From NCBI GenBank assembly GCA_039802605.1, contig JBDRWW010000001.1, positions 64,001 to 128,000 of the forward strand: a stretch of DNA of 64,000 nt, in the 5' to 3' direction. Each line of letters starts with the position of its first letter. Positions within the stretch are counted from its first letter, which is position 1. The position numbers and the translations under genes are program-made. Shown in pieces: positions 30,895 through 41,433 of the stretch. The DNA comes from a candidate division WOR-3 bacterium. GTDB taxonomy: Bacteria; Hydrothermota; Hydrothermia; LBFQ01. The notes under the pieces are model-generated. The model had not been told where the DNA came from, searched no databases, and worked only from the letters and a program-made list of their open reading frames with translations.

Positions 30895-31815
30895 TCAAGT
30901 AAGGTTTATTTTCCTTATCCTTTCATCCAAAAACTCCCAAAATCCCCCATCAACCACGGGTTTAATCTTCAAAAAACCGACCCTTTTGTCCCCCCCTATC
31001 CTATAAAAATCCTTCTCCGTGCATACAGGTATAGCCCTTAAATCTTCGGCTTTTTTTATTATTTTTTCAACCCCTTTTATCCACCAATGATCCGGAAATA
31101 TCCTATACCCTACAACTTCGGCACCCGAGATTTTTAAAGCGTTTATGAAGCTAAAAGGATCTGCTATACCACAAAAGGGGAAAACCCTCAAACCCCTTAA
31201 ATCCAAAACCCCACCGTTATACTCCACACCTTCAACCTTATACCTCATAACGAAAGAGGGTTTTTCAAGGTTCGGGGGTTTAAAGGGTTTTTCTTCAAGT
31301 TTTAGGTTGAAAACCAAAACATCCGCATACTTTATGGCATCGTTGGGTTCCCTCAAAGGTCCAAAGGGCAATGTGCTCGCTTTTAAATCCGCAGGTCTCA
31401 AAAGTAAGATGTTTATGTGCGCCCTGAGTTTAAAATACTGAAAAGCATCGTCAAATATTACCAGATTTGCCCCTAAATCCCCAGCAATTTCAACACCTTT
31501 AAACCTGTCCTTTGATGCTATTACGGGCCTTCCGGTTTTTATAAAAATCATATAGCCCTCATCCCCTAAGTATTCCGGAGATGGGTATTCCAAGGAATTA
31601 TAAACACCCTTGTATTTCCTCCCATATCCGAGGGTTATAACCGCCGAATTTTCAAACCTCTTGGCGATTTCTATAACAAGGGGTGTTTTCCCTGTTCCCC
31701 CAGTCCTCAAATTCCCCACATTTATTGAAAGTATCTTTGGGGTTCTGGGCTTTGAAAACCCCCTTAAAAGTTTAACGATCCAAGCATAAGGGTTAATCGC
31801 ATCAAAAATCGTCAT
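30895..31815 (-). CDS. lpxK: Tetraacyldisaccharide 4'-kinase
   Basis: VGNL..GGTGKTP, GDE, DDAFQ, GPLRE, FPDH, TEKD. Confidence 0.93.
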   Translation of the reverse strand: MTIFDAINPYAWIVKLLRGFSKPRTPKILSINVGNLRTGGTGKTPLVIEIAKRFENSAVITLGYGRKYKGVYNSLEYPSPEYLGDEGYMIFIKTGRPVIASKDRFKGVEIAGDLGANLVIFDDAFQYFKLRAHINILLLRPADLKASTLPFGPLREPNDAIKYADVLVFNLKLEEKPFKPPNLEKPSFVMRYKVEGVEYNGGVLDLRGLRVFPFCGIADPFSFINALKISGAEVVGYRIFPDHWWIKGVEKIIKKAEDLRAIPVCTEKDFYRIGGDKRVGFLKIKPVVDGGFWEFLDERIRKINLT

Positions 31816-33599
31816 TTAACAACCAAAGCCCTTGTACTTTTTCCCCTCTTTGCAATATAAACTCCCCTCTTCAAATCCTGCGAACACCCTTTACCCTTAA
31901 ATATCCTCTTCCCCGAAATGCTGAAAATCTCATATTCCCCACCAAAGCACACCCTTTTACCCTTTATTTCCGGTTTAAAGATTACGGGAGTATTCACCAT
32001 CTCTTTAACCGCCGTCGTAGGATACATGGGTATCTTTATGTAAGAGGGATAGTTTGGAGAATGGTATATCTTGTTTGTAGCCACTAACTTAAAGGTATCG
32101 TCCCTAACAAAGGGGCCTCCGTTGTTTGGATTTGCCTCAAATCTCGGATAATTTGCGGATGATATTATAACCATTATCCTATGCCCCGGCATAAAGGCCC
32201 AAGCGGTTGCCCATACCTTAACCTCAACGGAATCAATACTTCCGGGGTTTAACAAAACCTCCCTATCAAACCCATACCTATACCTCGCCTTTATTATCCC
32301 ATCGGATACGAGTATGGCCTTTCCATCCGGATAAACATCCGCTATTCTAACCGCAAAATCGGTATCGTACCTGTCGCTTTCTATATATAACTTCGCTATT
32401 ATGTTCCCTATAACCACAACCGTATCGGTTAAAACATCGCTTTGGAAGACCAAAACATCGCTCCTTGAAAGCAACGGCCTCTGATCCTTTGGCCCAGTTC
32501 CTCCCGGTAAAGACATCTCGTTGCCCCCTATCGTGGGCGTTGGGTCGTTTGGATCATAAACATAAACGGAAAAGCTATCCGATGAGGGTTTGTAAAGCCT
32601 TAAAGTTCCATCCCCATGCAGATACCAATTTCTGTAATACAACCCCCTAGGTGGAAATGTATCCGCGTACGCCCATTCGTTTATACCAATTATGTAAAAC
32701 TTAACCGGTGGTTCGTCCATTATTCCGTTATTAACCCCCTTAAGCCAATAATCGTACCACCTTCCAAGGGCATCGTTTAAATCGCCAAAGGATAGTGATG
32801 CGTTTGATGGGAATGTTAAATCCCCTTGCGTGGTTTGTCCGAATGTCAAATGTCCCCAAGGGCCTATTATTATCTTCTGGTTTCCCCTTGCCAAAGGCCC
32901 CCCGTTATATTGCAGGTTTATAAAGGCATTTATCTGGCTCTCCGAGAATATATCAAACCATCCGGCAAAGTGAAACATAGGGACGTTAACCGATGAAACC
33001 CTTTCGTCAAGGTTCATAATAGCCCAACTACTATCGTAATTTGGGTGATTTGCCACGGTATCTATAAGGTATCCTACGCCCAAGCCGTTTAGCCAGTTCT
33101 CAACGAGATTTTTTCTAAATTCTCCCCCATAAAAAGCCGCATAATGATATACACTATGGGCTCCAACCAATGGAACCGCGCATTTATAAGCCGGGTGTAA
33201 TGTTCCGGCTAACAGGTATTGGGTTATACCCATAGCGGAAAACCAAGAACCGCAAACCTTACCGGAAGACCAGCTCTGGGATATTATCCAATTAACCGCA
33301 TCGTATCCGTCCTGCAAATCGCCCCAACCGTCCGCGCGGAAAACGGAAGGCTCCCCTTCACTGCCCTGAAAACCCCTTAAACTCTGAATCACTAAGGCAT
33401 AACCCTTAACATCGGTTATGTAAGGGATAAAATAGTTTAAACCGACATCCGTCCGTCCATATGGGGTTCTGACAAGAATTGTATGGAGTCTCCCGGTATA
33501 AAATGTCGGTTTATATACATCGGTTGCCAACCTTATGCCATCCCTCATAGGAACCATATAAAACTCATGCGAATAAGTTGGCAAAACAATCCAAAGCAT
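31812..33599 (-). CDS. CocE/NonD family hydrolase with T9SS-like C-terminal domain
   Basis: PMRDGIRLATD, RTPY, GWFD, GPWGH, YDPNDP; tail YEIFSISGK...GVYI. Confidence 0.9.
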   Translation of the reverse strand: MLWIVLPTYSHEFYMVPMRDGIRLATDVYKPTFYTGRLHTILVRTPYGRTDVGLNYFIPYITDVKGYALVIQSLRGFQGSEGEPSVFRADGWGDLQDGYDAVNWIISQSWSSGKVCGSWFSAMGITQYLLAGTLHPAYKCAVPLVGAHSVYHYAAFYGGEFRKNLVENWLNGLGVGYLIDTVANHPNYDSSWAIMNLDERVSSVNVPMFHFAGWFDIFSESQINAFINLQYNGGPLARGNQKIIIGPWGHLTFGQTTQGDLTFPSNASLSFGDLNDALGRWYDYWLKGVNNGIMDEPPVKFYIIGINEWAYADTFPPRGLYYRNWYLHGDGTLRLYKPSSDSFSVYVYDPNDPTPTIGGNEMSLPGGTGPKDQRPLLSRSDVLVFQSDVLTDTVVVIGNIIAKLYIESDRYDTDFAVRIADVYPDGKAILVSDGIIKARYRYGFDREVLLNPGSIDSVEVKVWATAWAFMPGHRIMVIISSANYPRFEANPNNGGPFVRDDTFKLVATNKIYHSPNYPSYIKIPMYPTTAVKEMVNTPVIFKPEIKGKRVCFGGEYEIFSISGKRIFKGKGCSQDLKRGVYIAKRGKSTRALVVK

Positions 33600-33650
33600 A
33601 TATGGGATTTTAAAGTTGAAACTTTTTCGCCATTACAATATTCGTTTTGT

Positions 33651-34760
33651 ATGGTTCCGGAAAAATTGGAAGATTTTAGGGAATACGTAAGGGAAATAGC
33701 GGAGAAATATGCTAAACCCTGGTCCATGATCGTTGATAAAGAGGACAGATTTGCAAAGGAAAGCGTGGAAGCCGTGTTTAAAGCAAACTTATCGGGCGTG
33801 ATAATTCCAAAAGAGTATGGGGGTTTGGGCTTATCAACAAAACATTATGTGGTACTTATAGAGGAATTGACGAGGGTTTGCCCTTCAACGGCCGTAACCT
33901 TTGCGGTAACCTCCGGACTCTCCGCGGGTTTCTTGATAAATTTCGCATCGGAAGGATTAAAAAGGGAGTATTTACCAAAGGTTGCAAGCGGGGAGTATAT
34001 AGGGGCTTTTGGTTTAACGGAACCTTGCTGCGGTTCGGATGCGGGAAGTATAAGAACCAAGGCGGAAGAGGTTGAAGGGGGTTTTAGGATTTATGGACAA
34101 AAAATATTTATAACAAATGCATCCGTTGCGAAATTCGTTATAACCATGGCAAAAAGCGATCCCGAAAAGGGGAAAAACGGTATAACCGCCTTTTTGGTTG
34201 ATACCGACAGCTATGGATTTTCGGTTATTAAGAACGAGGATAAGCTCGGGTGGAGGGGTTCGGTAACATCCGCAATATCTTATGATGGGGTTTTTGTCCC
34301 CTATGAAAAGATCATAGGGAAAAGGGGTGAGGGTTTTAAGTACGCATTGGCCTCTTTGGATGCCGGAAGGATAGGGATAGCCGCAATGGGTTTGGGAACC
34401 ATAAAAAGGGCATTGGAAATTTCCTTGGAATATGTTAAGGGAAATCGCCTAATCAACAACGAGTCCTTTTCTTTCAGGTTGTCAGATCTCCATTGGATGT
34501 ATGAAACCGCAAGGGAATACACATTTAAGGCGGCGGAATTAAAGGATAGGGGTGAAAACTTTACAAGGGAAGCGGCAACGGCCAAATTGGTGGCTTCGGA
34601 ATTCGCCATGAAGGCTGTTAATATAATGTTGGATATTTTGGGACCGGATGGTGTTGTTTGGGGGGAGGCGGAAAGGTTGTTCAGGGATACAAAGATTTTG
34701 GAAATAGGTGAGGGAACGAGTGAGGTTCAAAGGCTCGTAATTTCCCGATCCCTTTTGTGA
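33651..34760 (+). CDS. Acyl-CoA dehydrogenase
   Basis: FGLTEP..GSD, GQKIFITN, GRIGIAA, IGEGTSEVQR. Start moved to ATG 33651 to avoid head-to-head overlap with the CocE gene. Confidence 0.92.
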   Translation: MVPEKLEDFREYVREIAEKYAKPWSMIVDKEDRFAKESVEAVFKANLSGVIIPKEYGGLGLSTKHYVVLIEELTRVCPSTAVTFAVTSGLSAGFLINFASEGLKREYLPKVASGEYIGAFGLTEPCCGSDAGSIRTKAEEVEGGFRIYGQKIFITNASVAKFVITMAKSDPEKGKNGITAFLVDTDSYGFSVIKNEDKLGWRGSVTSAISYDGVFVPYEKIIGKRGEGFKYALASLDAGRIGIAAMGLGTIKRALEISLEYVKGNRLINNESFSFRLSDLHWMYETAREYTFKAAELKDRGENFTREAATAKLVASEFAMKAVNIMLDILGPDGVVWGEAERLFRDTKILEIGEGTSEVQRLVISRSLL

Positions 34761-35632
34761 TACCCGTAATCGTAGGCCCAACGGGTAGCGGTAAAACCGA
34801 ATTGGCAATTGATTTGGCGAGGAATTACGGTTTCATCGTTATAAACGCGGACAGCAGAAAGGTTTATAAATATCTTGATATAGGCACGGCAAAACCATCA
34901 AAAGAACAAAGAAAATTTTACCGTTTAATTGATATTCTGGAACCCTGTGAAGAATTCTCGGCTTATAAATGGGCGGAATTGGCGGAAGGGGAAATTGAAA
35001 ATTTGTTAAAAGAAGGCAAGAGGGTTATAATTGAAGGGGCAAGCGTTTTGTATTTAAAGGCCTTGTTTGAGGGTTTTTTTGAACATCCGCAAATACCAAA
35101 GGAAATAAGGGAACAGGCCAAAAGGCTCGCCGAATCGGGCGAAGGTTATAAAATACTTTTGGAAAGGGATGAGGAAACGGCAAAAAAAATTCATCCAAAC
35201 GATAAATACAGGATAAGTAGGGCCTTGGAAGTTTTGCTGGCAACGGGAAAACCGATATCCGCATTGAGAAAAGGGGGTAAAAGGCCGAAGTTTAAACCAA
35301 TTTATTTTTTAATAGACATAACGAGGGAAATACTTTACAGGAGGATAGAGGAAAGGGCTAAGGAAATGTTTGATAAGGGCTTGATTGATGAAACCAAGGA
35401 AATTTTAAAAAAATACCCGTGTTTTAAGGAATGGGGGAAAAAGGTTGTTGCGTACAAACAGGCCTTGGAGTTTTTAGAGGGCAAATACGATTATGAGACC
35501 GCAATTAGAAAGAAGGCAAAAGCGGATAAAGATTTGGCGAGGAGGCAGTTGAGGTTTATGAAAACCCTAAAACCCATAATAAAAATCCCTTTCAATCGTA
35601 AAGAACTTCTTCTATCGTTCCTCCACCTATAA
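34757..35632 (+). CDS. miaA: tRNA dimethylallyltransferase
   Basis: GPTGSGKT, ADSRKVY..LDIGTAKP, IHPND..RI.RALEV. Confidence 0.95.
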   Translation: MIPVIVGPTGSGKTELAIDLARNYGFIVINADSRKVYKYLDIGTAKPSKEQRKFYRLIDILEPCEEFSAYKWAELAEGEIENLLKEGKRVIIEGASVLYLKALFEGFFEHPQIPKEIREQAKRLAESGEGYKILLERDEETAKKIHPNDKYRISRALEVLLATGKPISALRKGGKRPKFKPIYFLIDITREILYRRIEERAKEMFDKGLIDETKEILKKYPCFKEWGKKVVAYKQALEFLEGKYDYETAIRKKAKADKDLARRQLRFMKTLKPIIKIPFNRKELLLSFLHL

Positions 35633-36641
35633 GGTAATCGCCGATATAAAAAGCCACCCCCTGACCGGGGGTTGGGGCAAATTGGGGTTCTTGAAACTCA
35701 ATTAATGCATAATCCTCCAAAACCCTTACATTTGCCCTTTTCGTTGATATACCCGCCCTAACTTGAACATCCGATACGAACTCATTTCCGGGAAAATAAT
35801 GCCAATTTAAATCCGATGCCTTTATCCCCTTGGCCATAACGCCTTCAAGGTCATCAAGGATTATATCCCCGTTCTTAAAGGCCTTAACATAAACCCTTTT
35901 ACCAATGGCCACATTCAAACCCTTTCTCTGGCCTATGGTGTAATAAAAAGTTCCCTTGTGGGTTCCCACAACTTTTCCTTTATATATAAACTTACCCGGC
36001 TTTGCTTTTAACCCCCTTTCAATCAAAAAATTCCTGTAATCCCCATCGACAAAACATAAATCCTGAGATTCCGGCTTTTTGGCCGTAGGTAACCCCACTT
36101 CAAGTGCAAGTTTTCTAACCTCCTCCTTTGTCATATCACCTAAGGGGAATATAAGCCTTGGTATCCAATCCTTTGGTATCCGGAACATAAAATAGGATTG
36201 ATCCTTTTTCCTATCCCTACCCCTCATCATGAGTTCAACGCCTTCATAAGAGCCCTTCTTTATATAATGACCGGTTGCCACAAATTCCGCCCCTATTTTA
36301 TCGGCAAAATCAAACAAGGCCTTAATTTTGTAATCCCTATTACAAAAAAGACAAGGGTTAGGAGTTCTATTATTTGCGTATTCGCTTACAAAATAGCCTA
36401 TAATATCCCTTTTAAAGCCTTCCGAGTAGTCCAATTCGTGGAATTCTATACCCAATTTTATCGCCACCCTTTTTGCCAATTGTGCGGAACCTATACTGCA
36501 ACAGGCGTAAGGGTTTTTCGCCTCTTTATATAACAACACCGTAGCACCCACCACATCATAACCGCATTCCTTCAATAAATAAGCCGCTACGGAACTATCA
36601 ACACCCCCCGACAAACCGACTACAACCTTACCCCTCATCAA
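35592..36641 (-). CDS. mnmA: tRNA 2-thiouridylase
   Basis: SGGVDSS, TPNPC..CN, ATGHY, KDQSYF, ESQDLCF, TIGQRKG. Confidence 0.97.
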   Translation of the reverse strand: MMRGKVVVGLSGGVDSSVAAYLLKECGYDVVGATVLLYKEAKNPYACCSIGSAQLAKRVAIKLGIEFHELDYSEGFKRDIIGYFVSEYANNRTPNPCLFCNRDYKIKALFDFADKIGAEFVATGHYIKKGSYEGVELMMRGRDRKKDQSYFMFRIPKDWIPRLIFPLGDMTKEEVRKLALEVGLPTAKKPESQDLCFVDGDYRNFLIERGLKAKPGKFIYKGKVVGTHKGTFYYTIGQRKGLNVAIGKRVYVKAFKNGDIILDDLEGVMAKGIKASDLNWHYFPGNEFVSDVQVRAGISTKRANVRVLEDYALIEFQEPQFAPTPGQGVAFYIGDYLIGGGTIEEVLYD

Positions 36642-38508
36642 CCCCTTCCTTGCCTGAATACTTGGGTCTCGTATGCTTATATGTTAGCAAAAGGGGTATA
36701 AACGCCTCTTTTATCCTCTCCAAATCCCCCCTTGAAAGCGGCACCCAATCCAACTGGCCATCCTTTAACTTGTCCTCAAAAACCCTATTTAAAATTTCCC
36801 TTATTTCCGACTCCTTCGTGACACTTCTTGAAGCCGCCTCAACGGAATCCGCCAGCATGACTATTGCCTCCTCTGGGGTTTTGGGTTTTGGACCGGGATA
36901 CCTAAATTGATCCTCGGAATATGGGAGCTTAGAAGCCTTTGCCTTCAAATAGAATGGCAATAATAGTGATGTTCCGTGATGCGATGCGATTATATTTATA
37001 ACCTCTTCGGGCAAATTGTGTTTTCTTGCCAGCTCTATTCCTTTTTTCACATGGGAAATTATTATCCTCGCGCTGTTTACGGGGTCGAGTTTATCATGCG
37101 GATTTTCGTCCCCAATCTGGTTTTCTATAAAATACTCTGGGTTAAATATCTTTCCTATATCGTGATAATAACCGCCAACTTTCGCCAATAAGGGATTGGC
37201 GCCCACAACCCTCGCGGCCGCTTCGGCCAAATGTCCCACGGCTATTGAATGGGCAAATGTACCCGGCGCCTTTTCGGATAATTCCTTTAACAATGGGTGG
37301 TCAAAGGATGACAATTCCAAAAGGGAGTATTCCGTAGTTTTGTGGAAAATCTGTTCAATATTGGGTAAGAAAAGGATATGGGCACTGGTAGAAACAAAAG
37401 AAGAGAGCGAAACCCATAATAACAGCTCCTTGAGGTTCTCAAATTCAAAGTAATTTACCTCTATAAACGGGGAGGAAACAAGGGCAGAAATCGTTCCGGC
37501 TATAAACATTAAAAGGATAATGTATATGTTTTGTATCCTCCTTTTAAAAACCTTTACACCCATTGAAGAAACGATGGCCATTGAGCCTATGTATAGGGGT
37601 ATGGTTAGCCCAAAATCGTAATTAACCCCCATAACAACCGCAAGGATCATGGTTAAACCTATCCCCAAGGTGGGTGTATCCAAGGAAGAGACCGATAGGG
37701 CTATTAATGGCGATAGCGTAAAGAAGGGGGAAAGGTTTGTAAAATGATGGATAAGCGTTTCAAGCAAAAATACCAAAGAGAATACGAATACCGAAGCGGA
37801 GGACGGAACATCCCACCTCCTAAGGTAAAAGCCTATGAATATAAATATCCCAAGTATAAAACATAGAATCGCAAAGGCTATTCTTTTGGGTTTTATGCTC
37901 GTTTCTTTATAAGCCTTTAAAATCCGCAAGGTGGTATCATTAACTATTTCACCGCGCGAAACCAAAACCTCACCCGGATTTATAACAAACTCTATTTTAC
38001 CTATGTTCTTCAACTGTAAATTTACATACTCACGGGTTAGGGAAGAATCGTAAACTATTGTCGGAAATATGAACATACAAAGGGTATCATCCCCCTCACA
38101 TATATCCTTCATTGAAGGGAAATTGGCCCCGAGGGCCGGCACATACTCTCCATTCTCGTATATCAATATTTGTCCGTTAAATTTTGGTTCTATTATACCC
38201 CTCTGCATAATCGCCAAAGCCTTTGTCCTAAATCTTTCGGTATTAGGTATAAACTTTGAGAGACTTTCGGATAATATCCTCAAAGAATCGTAAAATTCTA
38301 TCCTTCTATACACCAGAGGGGAAGAGTTGATGATTTCTAAGGAGTCTTGCCTTAGCCTTTCGGGAGATTTTTCAACGACGATTTTCCTGTTGGCTATAAT
38401 GGTTCTCTTTACAACATCCCCTATTTCGTAATTCAAACCGTCTTTGTAAAAGAAGCCACCCAAAGTTATTACGAGGGATATTATAAGGGCTTTAACTATC
38501 CTACTCAC
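36628..38508 (-). CDS. 7TM-HD phosphohydrolase (PgpH/YqfF-like)
   Basis: Extracellular domain, TM block, APGTFAHS, YHDIGK, HHGT, MLADSVEA. Confidence 0.9.
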   Translation of the reverse strand: MSRIVKALIISLVITLGGFFYKDGLNYEIGDVVKRTIIANRKIVVEKSPERLRQDSLEIINSSPLVYRRIEFYDSLRILSESLSKFIPNTERFRTKALAIMQRGIIEPKFNGQILIYENGEYVPALGANFPSMKDICEGDDTLCMFIFPTIVYDSSLTREYVNLQLKNIGKIEFVINPGEVLVSRGEIVNDTTLRILKAYKETSIKPKRIAFAILCFILGIFIFIGFYLRRWDVPSSASVFVFSLVFLLETLIHHFTNLSPFFTLSPLIALSVSSLDTPTLGIGLTMILAVVMGVNYDFGLTIPLYIGSMAIVSSMGVKVFKRRIQNIYIILLMFIAGTISALVSSPFIEVNYFEFENLKELLLWVSLSSFVSTSAHILFLPNIEQIFHKTTEYSLLELSSFDHPLLKELSEKAPGTFAHSIAVGHLAEAAARVVGANPLLAKVGGYYHDIGKIFNPEYFIENQIGDENPHDKLDPVNSARIIISHVKKGIELARKHNLPEEVINIIASHHGTSLLLPFYLKAKASKLPYSEDQFRYPGPKPKTPEEAIVMLADSVEAASRSVTKESEIREILNRVFEDKLKDGQLDWVPLSRGDLERIKEAFIPLLLTYKHTRPKYSGKEGVDEG

Positions 38509-39407
38509 AAGCCGTGTTTTTCATAGGCCTCTATAATCTTTTTGACTATTCTATGCCTTGAAACATCTTCTTTTTCAAAATATACAAAACCTATACCCTC
38601 AATGCCTTGGAGTATATTTAAAGCCTCCGACAAACCGGATTTCTCGTTCTTGGGGAGGTCAATCTGGGTAATATCTCCGGTTATAACAACCTTTGACCTG
38701 GGACCTATGCGCGTTAAGAACATTTTCATCTGAACGGCCTTCGTATTTTGCGCTTCATCCAAAATTATAAAAGCATCGGAAAGGGTTCTACCCCTCATAT
38801 ACGCCAATGGGGCAATTTCCACTATCCTCGCATCCATCATGCGGCGCACCTTATCGTAAGGAACCATTGAAAATAGGGCATCGTATAGGGGTATGAGGTA
38901 AGGATAAACCTTTTCTTCATAAGTTCCCGGCAAATAACCCAAACTCTCACCTGCTTCAACGGCCGGACGGGTTAGTATAATCCTCTCAATCTTTCCCTCC
39001 CTCAAATACTTTACGGCCATAGCCACCGCCAAGAAGGTCTTACCCGTACCCGCGGGACCTATGGCAAACACTATATCGTTTTCCTCAATGGCCTTTATGT
39101 AATACTTTTGCCTTTCGGTTAAGGGTTTTATCTTCTTTTTGAATGTGATTATTACATCGTCGTCGGAAGCTATTCCATCATCCAAACCGCCGCTTTCCGC
39201 AAGTTCGGCATCGGAGCCCTCTATCATCTTCATAATCTTATCCTTTACCATTTCCACATCGCTTTCCGAACCCCTAAGCCTCAGCTCCGAACCCTTTGCT
39301 ATTATCTTGACGGACGGATACATCTTTTTTAATTCCTTTAAACGCTCGTCATACGCACCAAAAACCTCTAAAATTTTATCTTCCGGTACGATTATCCTTA
39401 TTTCCAT
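38505..39407 (-). CDS. phoH: PhoH family ATPase
   Basis: GPAGTGKT, RPAVEAGE.LG.LPG, AYMRGRTL, DEAQN; AGGAGG Shine-Dalgarno upstream. Confidence 0.95.
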   Translation of the reverse strand: MEIRIIVPEDKILEVFGAYDERLKELKKMYPSVKIIAKGSELRLRGSESDVEMVKDKIMKMIEGSDAELAESGGLDDGIASDDDVIITFKKKIKPLTERQKYYIKAIEENDIVFAIGPAGTGKTFLAVAMAVKYLREGKIERIILTRPAVEAGESLGYLPGTYEEKVYPYLIPLYDALFSMVPYDKVRRMMDARIVEIAPLAYMRGRTLSDAFIILDEAQNTKAVQMKMFLTRIGPRSKVVITGDITQIDLPKNEKSGLSEALNILQGIEGIGFVYFEKEDVSRHRIVKKIIEAYEKHGL

Positions 39408-39493
39408 ATCTTCCCCTTCCTCCTAAGGGTGAAAATTATAAAGTTGAAAAACATCACTAGGTTAAAATTCTCACAGGTGTAGAATTTCCGTTT

Positions 39494-39895
39494 ATGGAAA
39501 GGACCCTTTTAATGATAAAACCCGACGCGGTGGAGAAAAAATTGATAGGCAGAATAATATGGTTATTGGAGGAAAACGGGTTTAAAATTCTACAAATAAG
39601 GAGTAAGAATTTTTCAAGGGATGAAGCGGAAAGGTTTTACGAAGTTCATAAGGGCAAGCCTTTTTTTAACAGTTTGGTGGATTACATTACGAGCGGTATG
39701 GTTGTTGGTATAATGCTTGAGAGAGAAAATGCCGTGGAAAAACTTAGGGAATTGGTGGGGGCTACGGATCCAAAGAATGCAAGGCTTGGAACCATAAGGG
39801 CTATGTTTGGCGAAAACATAGAGAGGAATGCCGTTCACGCTTCGGATACGCCTCAAAACGCGGAAAGGGAACTGAAATTCTTTTTTGAGATATGA
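39494..39895 (+). CDS. ndk: Nucleoside diphosphate kinase
   Basis: IKPDAV, GTIR, NAVHASD. Confidence 0.97.
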   Translation: MERTLLMIKPDAVEKKLIGRIIWLLEENGFKILQIRSKNFSRDEAERFYEVHKGKPFFNSLVDYITSGMVVGIMLERENAVEKLRELVGATDPKNARLGTIRAMFGENIERNAVHASDTPQNAERELKFFFEI

Positions 39896-41433
39896 GCATA
39901 GAGGAAAAGTTAAGGCAATTAAAGGAGTTAAGGGAAAAGGCCCTTAAAGGGGGAGGGGAAGAGAAGATAAAAAAACAGCATGAAAAGGGTAAATTAACCG
40001 CAAGGGAGCGTATAGATTATCTGCTGGACGACGGATCTTTTATGGAAATAGGGATGTTTATAACCCATAGGAATCCGGATCTTGGAGAAAAATACTTGGG
40101 GGATGGGGTTGTGGCCGGCTTTGGAACCATAGATGGAAGGCCTGTTGCCGTTTTCGCGCATGACTTTACCGTTATAGGTGGCACGGTTTCGGAGGCAAAC
40201 GCCAAGAAAATCGTTCAAATTATGGATACGGCTTTGAGAGTCGGAATACCGGTTATAGGTCTAAACGATTCGGGGGGAGCGAGGATACAAGACGGCGTGG
40301 CCTCCTTAGGGGGATATGCGGAAATATTTTTGAGGAATGTCATGGCTTCCGGGGTAATACCCCAAATATCCGCTATACTGGGACCATGTGCCGGGGGAGC
40401 CGTTTATAGTCCCGCCATAACGGATTTTATCTTTATGAGAAGGGGGGTAAGTTATATGTATATCACAGGCCCGGATGTGGTGAAAGCCGTAACTCACGAG
40501 GATGTTACGCATGAAACCCTTGGGGGAGCGGATATACACGCCGAAAAGTCTGGTGTAGCCCACTTCGTTTATGATACGGAAACCGAAATATTTGAGGGTA
40601 TTAGAAAACTATTGTCTTATATCCCTTCAAATAATACCGAAGAACCCCCTTATATTGATACCGATGACCCTGAGGACAGGGAAGACGAGGAATTGAACTA
40701 TATAGTCCCCACCGATCCATATCAAGCCTATGATATGAAGGAGGTTATAAAAAGGATCGTTGATAACGGCGAATTTTTTGAGGTTCATGAAAACTTTGCA
40801 CCAAACATAATAGTGGGGTTTGCGAGATTGGGGGGATATAGCGTTGGAATAGTTGCCCAACAGCCGTTGCATTTGGCGGGAGCCATAGACATCAACGCAT
40901 CCATAAAGGCCGCGAGGTTTGTTAGGTTTTGCGATGCATTTAACATACCGATAATAACCTTTGAAGATGTGCCCGGATTTTTACCCGGAACCGAACAGGA
41001 ACACGGTGGAATAATAAGGCATGGTGCCAAATTGCTCTTTGCATATGCCGAGGCTACGGTTCCAAAAATAACCGTTGTAACGAGGAAATCCTACGGCGGG
41101 GCGTATTGCGTGTTGGCATCCAAACAGATAAGGGCGGATTTTAATTTTGCATGGCCTATGGCAGAATTTGCCGTTATGGGTCCGGAAGGGGCGGTAAAGA
41201 TAATATACCGTAAAGAAATAGAAGGAAGCGAAAACCCCGAAGAAATTATAGAAAAACTCACCAAACGGTATAGGGAAAAATTCACAAACCCCTATTATGT
41301 CGCCTCGCTTGGATACATAGACGATGTAATAGAACCATCAAAAACAAGGCCTATACTAATAAAGGCGCTTAAATTAACCCGGAACAAGAGGCAAACCTTA
41401 CCGCCAAAGAAACACGATAATATACCCCTTTGA
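39892..41433 (+). CDS. Acyl-CoA carboxylase carboxyltransferase (PccB/MmdA-like)
   Basis: GKLTARER, DSGGARIQ, GPCAGGAVYSPA, DVPGFLPG, KKHDNIPL. Confidence 0.93.
   Translation: MSIEEKLRQLKELREKALKGGGEEKIKKQHEKGKLTARERIDYLLDDGSFMEIGMFITHRNPDLGEKYLGDGVVAGFGTIDGRPVAVFAHDFTVIGGTVSEANAKKIVQIMDTALRVGIPVIGLNDSGGARIQDGVASLGGYAEIFLRNVMASGVIPQISAILGPCAGGAVYSPAITDFIFMRRGVSYMYITGPDVVKAVTHEDVTHETLGGADIHAEKSGVAHFVYDTETEIFEGIRKLLSYIPSNNTEEPPYIDTDDPEDREDEELNYIVPTDPYQAYDMKEVIKRIVDNGEFFEVHENFAPNIIVGFARLGGYSVGIVAQQPLHLAGAIDINASIKAARFVRFCDAFNIPIITFEDVPGFLPGTEQEHGGIIRHGAKLLFAYAEATVPKITVVTRKSYGGAYCVLASKQIRADFNFAWPMAEFAVMGPEGAVKIIYRKEIEGSENPEEIIEKLTKRYREKFTNPYYVASLGYIDDVIEPSKTRPILIKALKLTRNKRQTLPPKKHDNIPL

Noticed and set aside
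33483..33650. N-terminal extension of the acyl-CoA dehydrogenase; similar extensions of mdh, frr, the O-antigen ligase and the DUF4870-like gene
   Set aside because: They overlap neighbouring genes or promoters; family-like sequence begins at the downstream start
10337..39449. TTGAAA 12-13 nt upstream of some -10 boxes (10337, 33616, 39444) as a short-spacer -35
   Set aside because: Better explained as the reverse complement of the TTTCAA context around the C-18 of the opposite-strand promoter
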